A stretch of 64,000 bases of DNA. Origin: Octopus sinensis (lineage: Eukaryota). The stretch covers positions 40,920,001 through 40,984,000 of the forward strand of contig NC_043013.1 of assembly GCF_006345805.1 (NCBI RefSeq), given 5' to 3'. The notes under the pieces were generated by a model. The model worked only from the letters and a program-made list of their open reading frames with translations. It searched no databases and was not told the DNA's origin. The first letter of the stretch is position 1, and every line of letters starts with the position of its first letter. Below are positions 14,095 through 27,974 of the stretch, one piece after another. Made by a program: the position numbers and the translations under genes.

Positions 14095-14609
14095 TATGCT
14101 TGCATGTGTGGGTGTGTGTTTCTGTTTGTCCCTCACCACTGTTTGACAACTGGTTGGTTTGCTTACGTAACTGTAACTTAGCAGTTCAGCAAAAGAACCC
14201 AATACAATAAGCACCAGGCTTTAAGATGATAAAAAACCCACAGGTACTGGGATCAGTTTGTTTTACTAAATCCTTCAAGGCAGTGCTCCAGCATGTCCAC
14301 AGTCCAGTGACTGCAACAAATAGAAGACAAAAGATTTCCATGCTAGCAAGGGTTGCATGAACGCACATTGAGGTCCCATTTTACAACTGGATGCTGTTCC
14401 TGTCATTAACCCATACCCGTTTAACCAATTAAGGGATTTTTCATTCACTTCATTTTTGAAAGCGCAGAGCTAGCGGGTGACTAGTTGACAAGGAATTGCC
14501 AACAAACCTCCCTGGCTGTGGCTCAGAGGTTTTTACACTCAAAACACAAAGCGTAAACAATCACAGAAACACAGATTACACACAAACTCTCTCTCTCTAT
14601 CTCTCTCTG

Positions 14610-14641
<32 letters not shown>

Positions 14642-15028
14642 TTGCATACACACAGATATATCTGATGGCCTTTTGTATAGTTACAGTCTATGAAACACAC
14701 ACACATACACACATCCATGTATATTATTGGCTGTGCAAACAGGATATAGTATGCAATATATACAGTATGGTATATCCATTTAGATTTGATTATTTACTTA
14801 CAAATCAAGTTTCTTTCTCTGTGTTGCCTTCCAGGTGAAGCATTGCACATAGTAAGATATTTAATCGAGGTGTGACTAATCAGGCCCAAATGACTGTATT
14901 TTCATTCTTTATATTTTTATAGATGAATACATATACACACACAAGCATATATATATATATATGTATGTATACAAATACATACTCATACACATAATATATA
15001 CATTTATATATGTGTGTGTGTGTATGTG

Positions 15029-15125
<97 letters not shown>

Positions 15126-15448
15126 ACAGAGCTAATAGTGAAGGATTAGCAATCCGGGCAAAATATTTCATAAGCTCTCTGTTGGCACACCAGGTTAACA
15201 ATATTGTTTAGATTAGTGAAGAACTCCAGGCAATCTTTTAGTAGGGTCCAAGTTTATGGTTTTTCACAATTCCAACTGGTTTTTACACAGAGTGATATAT
15301 AAGACAAGGTATAAATAATGGTCAGAAAAATATGTAATGGCAATTATCTATACCTTGTCTTATATATATATATATGTGTGTGTGTATGTATATGTACATA
15401 TATATATATGTGTATATATATATGTATATATATATATATGTGTATATA

Positions 15449-15482
<34 letters not shown>

Positions 15483-15510
15483 CTTATATATATTCATGTG
15501 TATATATATA

Positions 15511-15609
<99 letters not shown>

Positions 15610-15741
15610 TTGAGTAGTTGAATGAATTATCTTGTTATGGATAATTCGGTTAACCGATACCTGGGTAGCAATTTGCAGCCTTCAAAACATATGTCGAAAA
15701 TAAAGGAATTTTGTTAATTTGTCGTTCAACTCCATTCTTTC

Positions 15742-15794
<53 letters not shown>

Positions 15795-15978
15795 TTATTT
15801 ATTTTATAGAAGGAGCTTCTACAGGACTAGAACTGTTTCATTCAGATGATTTCTTTTGAATGAAACAGTTCTAGTCCTGTAGAAGCTCCTTCTATAAAAT
15901 AAATTAATTTACTCTGCTATGTATTGAGTACCTTATTTACTGTGGTTAACCCCGACTCAACCCGGGACCTACATATAC

Positions 15979-16012
<34 letters not shown>

Positions 16013-16353
16013 ATATTTTAGCCCACTCTATGGGTGGTTAGTGTTAGGAAGGGCATCCAGCTGTTAAAACCATGCCAAAACAGACCCAGAAGTCCAGTGC
16101 AGTCTTCTGCCTGGCCAACTCCTATCAATCCGTCCAACCCATGCTAGCATGGAAGGCAGACAATAATGGAAGGTTAAACAATGATGATGATATATATGAT
16201 GGACTTCTTTCAGTTTCCATCAGCCAAATCCACTCCCAAGGCTTTGGTTGGCCCAAAGCTAGAGTAGAAGACACTTGCCCCAGGCACCATGCTGTGGGAC
16301 TGAACCTAGAACCATGTGTTTGGGAAGCAAACTTCTTACCACACTTCCACGCC

Positions 16354-16407
<54 letters not shown>

Positions 16408-16913
16408 TGTATGTATATATATATATACATACATGTATGTCAGATCACTTGTTGGTCTCTCATGAATGCTACTAGTAACATGGAATTCAGTAAAACTGGT
16501 TGCATGGTTGGTTTGTTGAGGACCGAACTGGCACCCAACAAGGCTAACCAAGTGACGAGGGTTGCTAGGAACCTAGGAGAAGTGAAAACAAGTCCTGTCA
16601 AACAGATGAACTTAGTGTATGTTCAATGACTATTTAGTAATAGCGTGGACACCCAAAAATTTCAGACTGGTGTGTGTGTATAAATATATATATATAAAAT
16701 AACTTTGTTCAGCCATAGAGATACTGATAACCAGTTGCTAGAACACAATGCACATATACATTATTTACATTTAACGGATATTTGTCCTCATCTTGTTTGT
16801 TGTTGACACGTTTCGGCTGATATACCCTTCAGCCTTCATCAGGTGTCTTGGGGGAAATTTCGAACCTGGGTTCTCATTCCTAAGGTATTTTTCGATGTTG
16901 TTATTACTATTAC

Positions 16914-16957
<44 letters not shown>

Positions 16958-17263
16958 TCACTGCCTGGAATCGAACTCGGAATCTTGGGGTTAGTAGCCC
17001 GTGCTCTTAACCACTACACCATATGCCCATCAAATGTAAATAATGTACATAATTCCTCATCTCCTAAATACAGAACTGTACAATGCACAGATGCTTGACA
17101 ATAAAGCCTTAGATTAATACAGAATAAAATATGGAGTAACTAAATAAGAAGAGAACAGGAAGTACCTAATCAACCTCATTAGCTTACAGTTGTATCTCTA
17201 AGAATCGCAGTGCATTCAGAGTCAAGTGCTTGTGCAACATCTTTTAGCACTGTCTGTGAATAT

Positions 17264-17295
<32 letters not shown>

Positions 17296-17698
17296 AAGAT
17301 TAGCGGTTATGTTGACCTCATGAAGGGATGGTTTCAATCAAGGAAATACTGGTTCAATACAAAGTATTTTGGGGAATAAATTTCTTTAAAAATTAACGTC
17401 CGTTTTCCGTGCTAGCATGGGTTGGATGGTTCGACTGGGGTCTGGGAAGCCAGGGGCTGCACCAGGCTCCAGTCTGATCTGGCAGTGTTTCTACAGCTGG
17501 ATGCCCTTCCTAATGCCAACCACTCCGCGAGTGTAGTGGGTGCTTTTTACGTGCCACCTGCACAGGTGCCAGGGGAGTCCAGCATCGTCCACGATTGGTT
17601 GGTGCTTTTAACGTGCCACCAGCACGAAAGCCAGTCAAGGCAGCGCTGGCATCGGCCACATTCGGATGGTGCTTTTTATGTGCCACCGGCAATATATA

Positions 17699-17731
<33 letters not shown>

Positions 17732-18837
17732 AAGATTAGCGGTTATGTTGACCTCATGAAGGGATGGTTTCAATCAAGGAAATACTGGTTCAATACAAAG
17801 TATTTTGGGGAATAAATTTCTTTAAAAATTAACGTCCGTTTTCCGTGCTAGCATGGGTTGGATGGTTCGACTGGGGTCTGGGAAGCCAGGGGCTGCACCA
17901 GGCTCCAGTCTGATCTGGCAGTGTTTCTACAGCTGGATGCCCTTCCTAATGCCAACCACTCCGCGAGTGTAGTGGGTGCTTTTTACGTGCCACCTGCACA
18001 GGTGCCAGGGGAGTCCAGCATCGTCCACGATTGGTTGGTGCTTTTAACGTGCCACCAGCACGAAAGCCAGTCAAGGCAGCGCTGGCATCGGCCACATTCG
18101 GATGGTGCTTTTTATGTGCCACCGGCAATATATATATATATATACAAAAACATATATTTTATAATCATATAAAAGAAGAAAATGGAGATTTGGCAGTTAA
18201 TAATTGTTTATAATTAACAGCAAATTAATCATTATCATTTACAGCTGTTCTGATTCATACTGATGGACATATGTATATGTGTTTGTGTGTGGTTATCGTG
18301 TGTGCGCAAATGCATTGGCCTGGGTGTGTGTGTGTGTGTGTATGTGTACAAGTAATTTTGCAAATGTGTGGTATGGAGTGATGTGCAATTTGTGTATTTG
18401 TGTGTGTGTGAGTGTGTGTATGTGCATGCACATATGGATGTGTGTATATGTGCGAGTATGCATATGGACATGTGTATATGTGCAAGATTATCGTGTGTGT
18501 GTGAGCATGTGCATGTGTGTATCTGTGTACATATGTGTGTGTCTGTGCACATGTGAGTGTGTCTGTGCACATGTATGTGTGTGTGCATGTGTGTGTGTGC
18601 GCTTGTGTGTGTGTGTGAGCATGTGTATGTGTGCAAATGCTTGTGTTTAGCAGTTGATATCTGCTTGTTTAGGTGGTGTGTAGATGTGTGGATAGTGGGA
18701 AGATGTTTGTGGGTGTGTGTGTGTGTGTAGTGATGTGTGAAGTGAGTAATGAATTGAACATTGTGTATGGGTGTTTGGATAGTTGTATGTGTATATGGTA
18801 GGTGCCAATTATATATATATGTACGTATGAATAAATT

Positions 18838-18870
<33 letters not shown>

Positions 18871-20914
18871 GCATGCACACACATATATACAAGCACAGAT
18901 ATATACAAATACATATACACACATATGTACATACAGGAGTTGGACAAAATAATGGAATCACCTTAAAATTTCAAACAAATTTATTTCAATGTGGGGTAGG
19001 ACCGCCTTTGGCAGTAATTACAGCTTGAATTTTACAAGGTATGGACTTGTACAAAGTTTGAATTGTTTCCAGAGGAATTTTTGTCCATTTTTCAGCTAAA
19101 ACAGTCTCCAGTTCTTGTAGTGATGATGGTGGAGGATGTCGATTCCTTGTTTTTCTAAAATGCACCATAAATGTTCAATAATACTGAGATCTGGGGACTG
19201 TGGTGGCCAGATAAGATGTTCAACTTCACTAGAATGTTCCTTGTGCCATTCAGTAACAACTTTAGCTGTGTGAATTGGTGCATTATCATCCTGAAAGATT
19301 GCATTTCACTCCAGAAACAGTTCCACAACCATAGGTTGAATTTGATCAGATAAAATGCTTATTAATTCTGCCATGAAGGGAAACCATTGGGCCAGTGGAT
19401 TTCCAAGATATAGCCCACCAGATCATCACAGATCTTCCTCCATGTTTAACTGTTGGAAGAAGGCAGTCTGGGTCAAATGCTTCTTTTGGCTGTCTCCACA
19501 CATATACTTGGTAAGTGGTCAGAAATAAGGTAAAGGATGACTTGTCTGAGAAAATAGCATTCTTCCACTGCTCTAGGGACCAATTCTGTAGGTTTTTACT
19601 CCAGCAACGTTTGTTTTTTGAAGTTAGTGGCTTTCTGATTGCAGCTTTGTTCAGCTCCTAGGAAACAGTTTTTGTGGAAACTGGGTTCTTGAGGTGGTTA
19701 TTAAACTCAGCAGTAATTTTGGGAGCTGTACTTTTGTAATCCTTTCTGACAATTCACATAAGAGTCCGATGGTCCCTATCTTAAAGTTTTGGTTTTCTTC
19801 CAGAGTTTTGTTTCGACAAGGAGGTTTTTCTCTCTTTCTCAAAGACTGTCATTACTTTCGAGACAATACTTCTTGATACACCAAACATTTTGGTTGTTTT
19901 CCTTACGCTAGTGCCTGCCATACAAGCACCAGCAATTTGACCTCTTTGAAAGTCCAATAGATCTGTCATTTTAATGAATTTTAATTACCTTTTTCTGATG
20001 ATATCTGAAAATAAACAGCAATTTTAGCAAAACAATCAAAGGACATAAAAATAAACATGCTTTTGACGGTTTTATAGATATTTCAACATTATGATGCTAT
20101 GTGTTTCCATTTTTTGTCCAAACCTGTGTATATAAATATAGGTAGAGCCCTTAACCTTTGTCGCCCCATTTAAATAGTGAAATCAATCATATCAGTTAAT
20201 GACTGACTTCACTGAACTGATTGATGACTGCTGAGAGAATATAATTAGACAAGTAGATCCAGTGGATTGTAATTCTGGTATAGAAAGAAAGCAGTTGGAA
20301 GTATTTACTACAGACATTGCAAGGTGAAATATAGTAGCAATGATGAGAGGTATAGCATGTCCATTGGGTGTACATGAGTAGGGTTGGTACAGAGCTTATC
20401 TTAAAAGAACAGATGCTGTAACAGTAAGAGAAAAGGAAGCTGTATGCAGTATCTGTCTATGTATCTATGTGCTTTTGTGCATACTATGTAGTCAGAGGTT
20501 CAGTGTCCTCTTGTGAGTGGATTTGAGAGATGTAACTGAAAGACACATGTTGAAGGTAGAGTGGGTGGGTGGGTGTGGTGTTTGTGTGTGCATGCATGTA
20601 GTGTGTGTGAGAGGGGATGGAATGAGAGCGAGAGAGAGAGTGTGTGTATGTGTGTACTTGTGTGTATTTTCAAGCCTCCTTGTCTTGACACCATGTGCAG
20701 CTTGTAAACAAACATTTCTCCTTTTTGTATGTGGTGTCATTTGTTAGCGACTTCCTTTGGAAACATGTCTAGCCATTGAGTTGTTTGTTGTTTCAGGTTT
20801 CAGGAAACAGGTGAAGGCTGGTGACAAGAAGGACATCAGGGAGTAGAAAAACCTACCTCAGTGAATTTTACTTGACTCATGGATAAGTGGACATTAAAAT
20901 GAGGAAGAGGACAA

Positions 20915-20945
<31 letters not shown>

Positions 20946-23900
20946 GCAAACAAAGAGTGGACATACTATATTATGTATTGTACTTACCTTGCATCTTGTG
21001 CTTGAGCAATTGTGAATGGAGTGACAAGTCTTTCATCACGGGCTTCCTGTAAAAGATATTCAGATTTCTATTAGTCCTACTGTAGCAAACACATATACAC
21101 TCATGCACAATCTCTCTGTCTTTCTCATATGTAGATTCACAGACATATGCATATAATATTACAAACGCACAAAGATTCCGTTGAATTAGGTACTTAAGTT
21201 GAAGCACTTCGTTAGATCGGAATAATACTCACACACAACAATCATCATCATCATCATCGTTTAGCGTCCGCTTAAACGATGATGATGATGATTTGTAATA
21301 TTATGTAAATACCAATATTATGTAAATTTTATGTAAATACCAATATTATGTAAATACTAATCATGGTTCAGAAGTATTGGCAAAGTGATATTCTTGCAGT
21401 GCATGCAGACAATTGGACCCATCTGAGTATATAATCCGCTCTTGAGCTATTCAAACATGTACATTTTATTAACCATACAGTCCATAATATACTTCAGAAT
21501 TTGCAAAGGGCATGTTCCGAGATAGGTGAATAAAATATAAACAGGTAACAATTGAAGGACAGATGTCAATTCATTACGGCTGTTTCTAATGAATTTTTTA
21601 ATTGATTAATAAATACCTTATATCATTATAAAGAAACCGTTTTCTGCAGATGAATACGTGAACTTTACAATCAAGGACATTCCAAATGATTTAACAGTTT
21701 AAATCCATGGAGCAAAACATTTTCAATGATTCTGCTACTATTTCAGTTGAAGGAATGGATTTACCAAAATAATGTAGATATAATCAGATCAGAGAAATTC
21801 AGAGGTTAGTCGGGTTTTTATGTGGAGGAAGGAATAAACGACCTCCAGTGACCCAATTATCTCCGCTTCTAACATTAGAGAAAACCATGGTTCTGGCCCT
21901 GTTAGTCTGGGATGTATCTATCAAGGAGTTGTTTATTGTCTAGTGGTAACTGGTAAGAAGGCAGCAAGCTGGCAGAAACGTTAGCCGGGTGAAATGCTTA
22001 GCAGTATTTCGTCTGCCGTTACGTTCTTAGTTCAAATTCCGTCGAGGTCGACTTTGCCTTTCATCCTTTCGAGGTTGATAAATTAAGTACCAGTTACGCA
22101 CTGAGGTCGATATAATCGACTTAATCCGTTCGTCTGTCCTTGTTTGTCCTCTCTGTGTTTAGCCCCTTGTGGGTAGTAAAGAAATAGGTAACTGGTAAGA
22201 TCAACCTACTCAATTATCAAGGTCATTTTTGATGGAACCAATCCACAAGCTTTATCTCTACTACCAGAGAAGGCAGAGGGGAGTAACAGGGAAGCAAAAG
22301 ATTGGCAGGAGAGGGTAAGGGGAAAAAAGGAAGAAAGCCAACCCAACTGTTACTAATTACCATAATATTAAGAGAGGCAAAAACTTTGAAGGATAATGGA
22401 ATAAAGGTTGTGGGGACAAAGCCCTAAACCATGACTTTGGGAATCATTGAGTGAGAATAAAGAAGCCAACTATAAATAGCAGAGCTGTAATATTATAATT
22501 AGAAAAATTAGATATTAAATATAAGGTATTTAATATTACTTAAAATTATAAATAGGTGTGTATTAAGATATAAAAATTTAAAAAATTGAAATTTTAAAGA
22601 AATGTAGAGTATATAAAAAATATGAAGATATATAAAATTTATAAAAAAGGTGAAAAATTATGGAAGGGTGAAAAAATATTGATAATAATGCTAACAATAA
22701 ATAATAAATAAATTTTAAATGGATGTAGTACAAAGGGTCTACAGATATAATCCATATATCCACAGAGTAGATATATATATATAAAATATAAGGTAAACAA
22801 TTACAAAGTCCTTAAAATGATATAAAGAAAATATTAAGATATAAATCTTTAAAAAATTAAGAAATATAAGATATAAAAAACATAAAAACTTAGAGACATG
22901 AAATAGAAGAAAGTGAAAAGTAAAAACTTTTAATGTTATATGCTATAATTAAGGGAGAGTAAAGCTATTATGTGAAAAAATATGTTAATAGTAAACAGTC
23001 ACAATAAAAATAATAACTAATAAACATAAGTTGTGTGAAAAATATAATGCTTATTAATAATAAAAAATTAATAATGAGCACTCAGAGAGTGCAAACTTCT
23101 GCCAAGGCAACACCAACATTCTCTCAATGATTAGCCAGAGATGATTTTTAAAATGAGAACATCTGAAGTACACTCGACAGCTCTCACAAACGAGAATACT
23201 AAAAGTGAACCTGACCTCTCTCAAAAATTAAGCATAAAAACAGGAAAAATAACTGAGAATTCTTATCTGGTACTGAATTGATCCCAAGATCTAATCCGTT
23301 CATGCCAGTCATGAGGCCAAACGTCTCTGCAAGTTTCATCCGAATCCATCCAGTGGTTCTTGAGATATGTTGTCCATGGATAAACAAACAAACATAACTG
23401 AAAACAATACCTCCACCTTCGCTAAGGCAGAGGTAATAAACATGTTATACCAACCATATACAAGATATCAATCTTGGAAAGGAGTAGACGTATACTATAT
23501 TCATCCACTGGATGGATAAAGTACTGCATGAGTTAAGTTTAATTAAATAAATTATAGTCTCATAACTCAAACCTAAGAATAATTAATTTCATATTACAGG
23601 TTATAAATCATCAAATCTCAAAAGAGAACTATATATAAGGCATGCTAAAGAATACTGATTATAGTGACTATTTAAATATTCTCAGGAGTAACAACCAAGG
23701 TAAATCTTATATTTATGCTATGGCAATAAAAGGATGTAATATTTCAGAGCGGTTATAATGATTCACAGTACACAAAGTCAAAGAGAGGAAAAACCAGATC
23801 TATATTGGTCAGCTATAGGTAACTTGTAGCTAGCATTTAATAATAAATCAAGCTAGGATAAAAGAGGTACAGCCAGTAAGCTAAGGGTGTGATAGGATAC

Positions 23901-26900
23901 TACTAGAAAGAAGATGGTTACAAATAAAATTGAAATTAATAGAAATAAAATTAATGTATAAAGATGTAATAAGCCTAAGGGCGTTAGATTATTTGCTGTA
24001 TAATTTTTGGGGTCTAGCTAAAGTAAAATTTAACATTTTTTCCCTATTATGTGGCAGAAGAAAAGTATCTATTCTTAGATACAGAATAAGGGCCAAGAGA
24101 TTCAAATTGGGAACACAGATATGTGACTTAATAAGAAGAGTAGGGAGTAAAATAAAAACTGCATTGAGTAATGTTGAACATTGGTCTAGCAATTGCTGCT
24201 GCTAGGCCAGATTATGATCAAAAGTATTTTAATCATGAACTTCCTATCTTTTGTTCAGATTCAGGGTTACATTATTCAGTGTGTCCATCATTTTCTAAGA
24301 CAGTAAAAGATGTAATTTGAAAGGGATTTGCTGGTATTTCTAGCAAGTCACCGAGTATTTGCTTCCCATTGGCTTGAGTATGCTTTTGTTGATATTTAGA
24401 TCTGCTCAATCCAAGTCTGATCATGGGCTATGATTAAAAACCTTCCAGCCATGGCCATCCTGTCCTTCTTTCAGCTGAGCTCATAGATGTTGGTGCCACA
24501 TAAAAAGTGCCTGTACTGGTGTCACACAAAAAGTACTCATGCTGATGTCACATAAAAAGCACCCAGTACACTCTGTAAAGTGGTTGGCACTAGGAAGGGC
24601 ATCCAGCCATAGAACCTAGGCCACAAGAGACAACCGGGACCTAGTGCAGCTCTTCGGCTTACCAGTTCCTAACAAACCATCCAGCCATGCCAGCATGGAA
24701 ATGAACATTAAATGATGATAATGATGAAAATGAAAGCATTCTCTTTTCAAGAGAGTAAGGTGTAGTTTGAAGTATATATGGTCACTACTTTTAGCTGGTC
24801 AAAAGACCACTAGTAACCCTTGATGGCTCATGTGTATGTTGAACAACAGATGAGGATTCCACAATTTTTTGCAGAAGGACCAGCACAAATATTTGTTTAT
24901 AATGGTCAAATGGTTGTACTGTATATAAGGTCACTCTCTCCATCAAGCTGACATTGATTGTACAGGTTCACGGTGTTCCCCACATCAGATGAAGTGATCA
25001 TAGACCAAACTGAAGCCTAAGTCGATTGCATTAATCCCAGTCCTCAACTCGTACTTATTTTATTGACCCCAAAATGAAAGAATGCAATGTTGGCCTTGGT
25101 GGAATTTGAACTTATAACATAAATACTGAAGAAATACTGCTAAGCATTTGCAGTGGTGCATGGGGAAACCTATTGGATGTCGCTCACTAAACAGCTGAGA
25201 AAAATGAGGTCAATGTCAAATAGTGTAAAATAGGTCCCCTCATCAGGTTTCACATTTTTAATAGAAATACATAATGTATTTCTATTAAAAAATGAAATCT
25301 GATGTGGGGACCTATTTTTTTCATTATTTGACATTGACTTCATTTTTCTCAGCTGTTCAGTGAGCGACATCCAATAGGTTTTCCCATGCACCATCATATT
25401 TTGTCCTGCATGTAAACAATTCTGCCAGCTCTCTATTTTATATGTATGCATGCTATCACATAACACACACATACACACACGCACACACACACAAAGAGTC
25501 CTGAACAGATTGTGACTCAGTTCATTGTAAATTGTAATGTTATTTTTTCCACTATCACCGATTACAGTAACACATTCTTGCTACTCATAGAATCCAATGA
25601 TTAAGGCGGCGAGCTGGCAGAAACATTAGCATGCCGGGCGAAATGCTTAGCGGTATTTCGTCTGCCGCTATGTTCTGAGTTCAAATTCCGCCAAGGTCGA
25701 CTTTATCTTTCATCCTTTCGGGGGTTGATTAACTGAGTACCAGTTATGCACTGGGGTCGATATAATTGACTTAATCCGTTTGTTTGTCCCCTCTGTGTGT
25801 AGCCCCATGTGGGCTGTGATGGAATAAGAATCCAATGATGGACAAGCAGAATTTTAACATGTTCAGTGTGCACATCAAAAACAATTATAACAGTGTAGCA
25901 AGAGCTAGAATCGAACCTAACATATTTCAGTTACAAAGTCGATGAGACATGCTGGCCTTGTGTACATTATGTATTGTTCTAATTAGTTACCAATTAGCAT
26001 GCAGCCATATCAAGGAACATCATTGAATGTCCTTGAATTTGAAGCACTTTGCTCAGTATTAAAACATTTCCACACCAAGAATCTGGGCACAAATATGTGA
26101 AGGTCACCAGGAAATACACAGCTCATCTCTTGTCCAGCAACACTAGCTTTTCTTTTACTGAATCCAGCCAGAAACAAAAAGGAATTCTACTTCACATTTG
26201 CTACCAATTCTTCCTGGCATTTCAAGTCTAATTAGTCATTGTTATGCTCTATTTTAATCTTGTTACAATGTCCCATTAACCAGTACATGTTGACATTCAG
26301 TTGTTCTCCTGTTCAGTAAATCTTTTAATAAAATATGCAGTGGCTGTGTGGTAAGAAGCTTGCTTCCTAACCACATGGTTCCAGGTTCAGTCCCACTGCA
26401 TAATACTTTGGGCAAGTGTCTTCTACTATAGCTTGGTCTGACCAAAGCCTTGTGAGTGGATTTGACAGACTAAAACCTAGTGTGTCTGTGTCTGTGTTTA
26501 TACCCTAGCACTGGTTGGTGACTAGTGTTGGTGTATTTATGTCTTCATAACCTAGCAGTTCAGCAAAAGAGATCGATAGAATAGTGGGCTTTACAAAAAA
26601 ATAAGTACTGAATTTGATTTGTTTGACCAAAATTTTTCAAGGTAGTGCTCCAGTATGGCCAGTCGACTGAAACAAGTAGAAAATAAAGATAAATTATATT
26701 TCCATCTGTTCATTATAATATAATATGCAGCCTGAACAGTAATTAATAACAACACACAAGGGAACCTCCAGAAAATGGCAAGAAAAAAAAAAGAAAAATC
26801 CATTTTTTTAAACCACAACAACAAGAAGAGAAACAACATCATGAACAATAACAACAACAAAAAACAGCAGAAACAACAACACCAACAATAGAACCAGTAA

Positions 26901-27933
26901 CAATAATCTTTTCAACTCTAGGCACAAGGCCCGAGATTTTTGAGGAGGGGGGTGGTGGCAGTCGATTAGATCGACCACAGTACACAACTGGTACTTGATT
27001 TATTGGCCCCAAAACAATGAAAGGTAAAGTTGACCTCAGCAGAATTTGAACTCAGAACATAAAGACGAACGAAATACCGCTAAGCATTTCACCTGGTGTG
27101 CTAATGTTTCTGCCAGCTTGCTGCCTTGTAACAATAATAACATGATCAACATGAAGAGCCATAGGAAGTTCATCAACCACAACAATGAACATGATAACAA
27201 AATTAAGTGAGAGGTAGGAGAACATACCATGACTTTTGTGGTGAGAGAGGATTTCAACCAGTCGGGAGAAAGTTCAAGTAGGTAACTGATCCACTTAATC
27301 TCAGCATCACTTCCCAGTTGCATCATATCATAATCTGTTTGCTGAAAAATGTAAAGGGTTCATATATGACACACTATTTATTATTCACTGATTGGTGTTA
27401 AAACAAAACAACAACAACATGGATACGAGCATGGTCATGTGCTTAAGAAGTTTGCTTAACAACCCATGTGTTGTCAGGTTCAATTCCACAGTGTGTCTCT
27501 CTTCTAAAGCTTTGGGTTGACCCAGTGCAATTTAATATAGAAAAACTATTCAGAAACTCATTATATGCTGGTGGCACGTAAGAGAACCATCCAAACGTGG
27601 CTGTAGCCAGTGCCACTGGCCTCCGTGCTGGTGGCACATAAAAAGCACCATCTGATTGTGGCCGTTGCCAGCCTCGTCTGGCCCCCGTGCCAGTGGCATG
27701 TAAAAAGCACCATCCGATCGTGGCCGTTTGCCAGCCTCATTTGGCACCTGTGCAGGTGGCACATAAAAAACACCCACTACACTCATGGAGTGGTTGGCGT
27801 TAGGAAGGGCATCCAGCTGTAGAAACACTGCCAGATCCGACTGGGCCTGGTGCAGCCTTCTGGTTTCCCAGACCCCAGTTGAACCGTCCAACCCAAGCTA
27901 GCATGGAAAACGGACGTTAAATGATGATGATGA

Positions 27934-27974
<41 letters not shown>

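Noticed and set aside
16950-17028. Possible tRNA gene (and other A/B-box heads)
   Set aside because: Boxes are present but no convincing cloverleaf, and the heads run into repeat bodies; these are SINE-type heads
17422-18172. Repeated ORFs [34 protein letters not shown] (also 27550-27891, 46157-46582)
   Set aside because: Chance open frame in SINE family C; recurs wherever the SINE does
14961-18924. Many [12 protein letters not shown] ORFs (also 28591-29212, 36340-37273, 42137-42647, 59051-59554)
   Set aside because: Dinucleotide and pentanucleotide repeats lack stops in some frames; not coding
21360-21940. Unique-looking sequence with an acceptor-like ttctgcag at about 21648 on the plus strand
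   Set aside because: All frames hit stops within about 30-45 codons and no motif was recognised; may be a decayed TE
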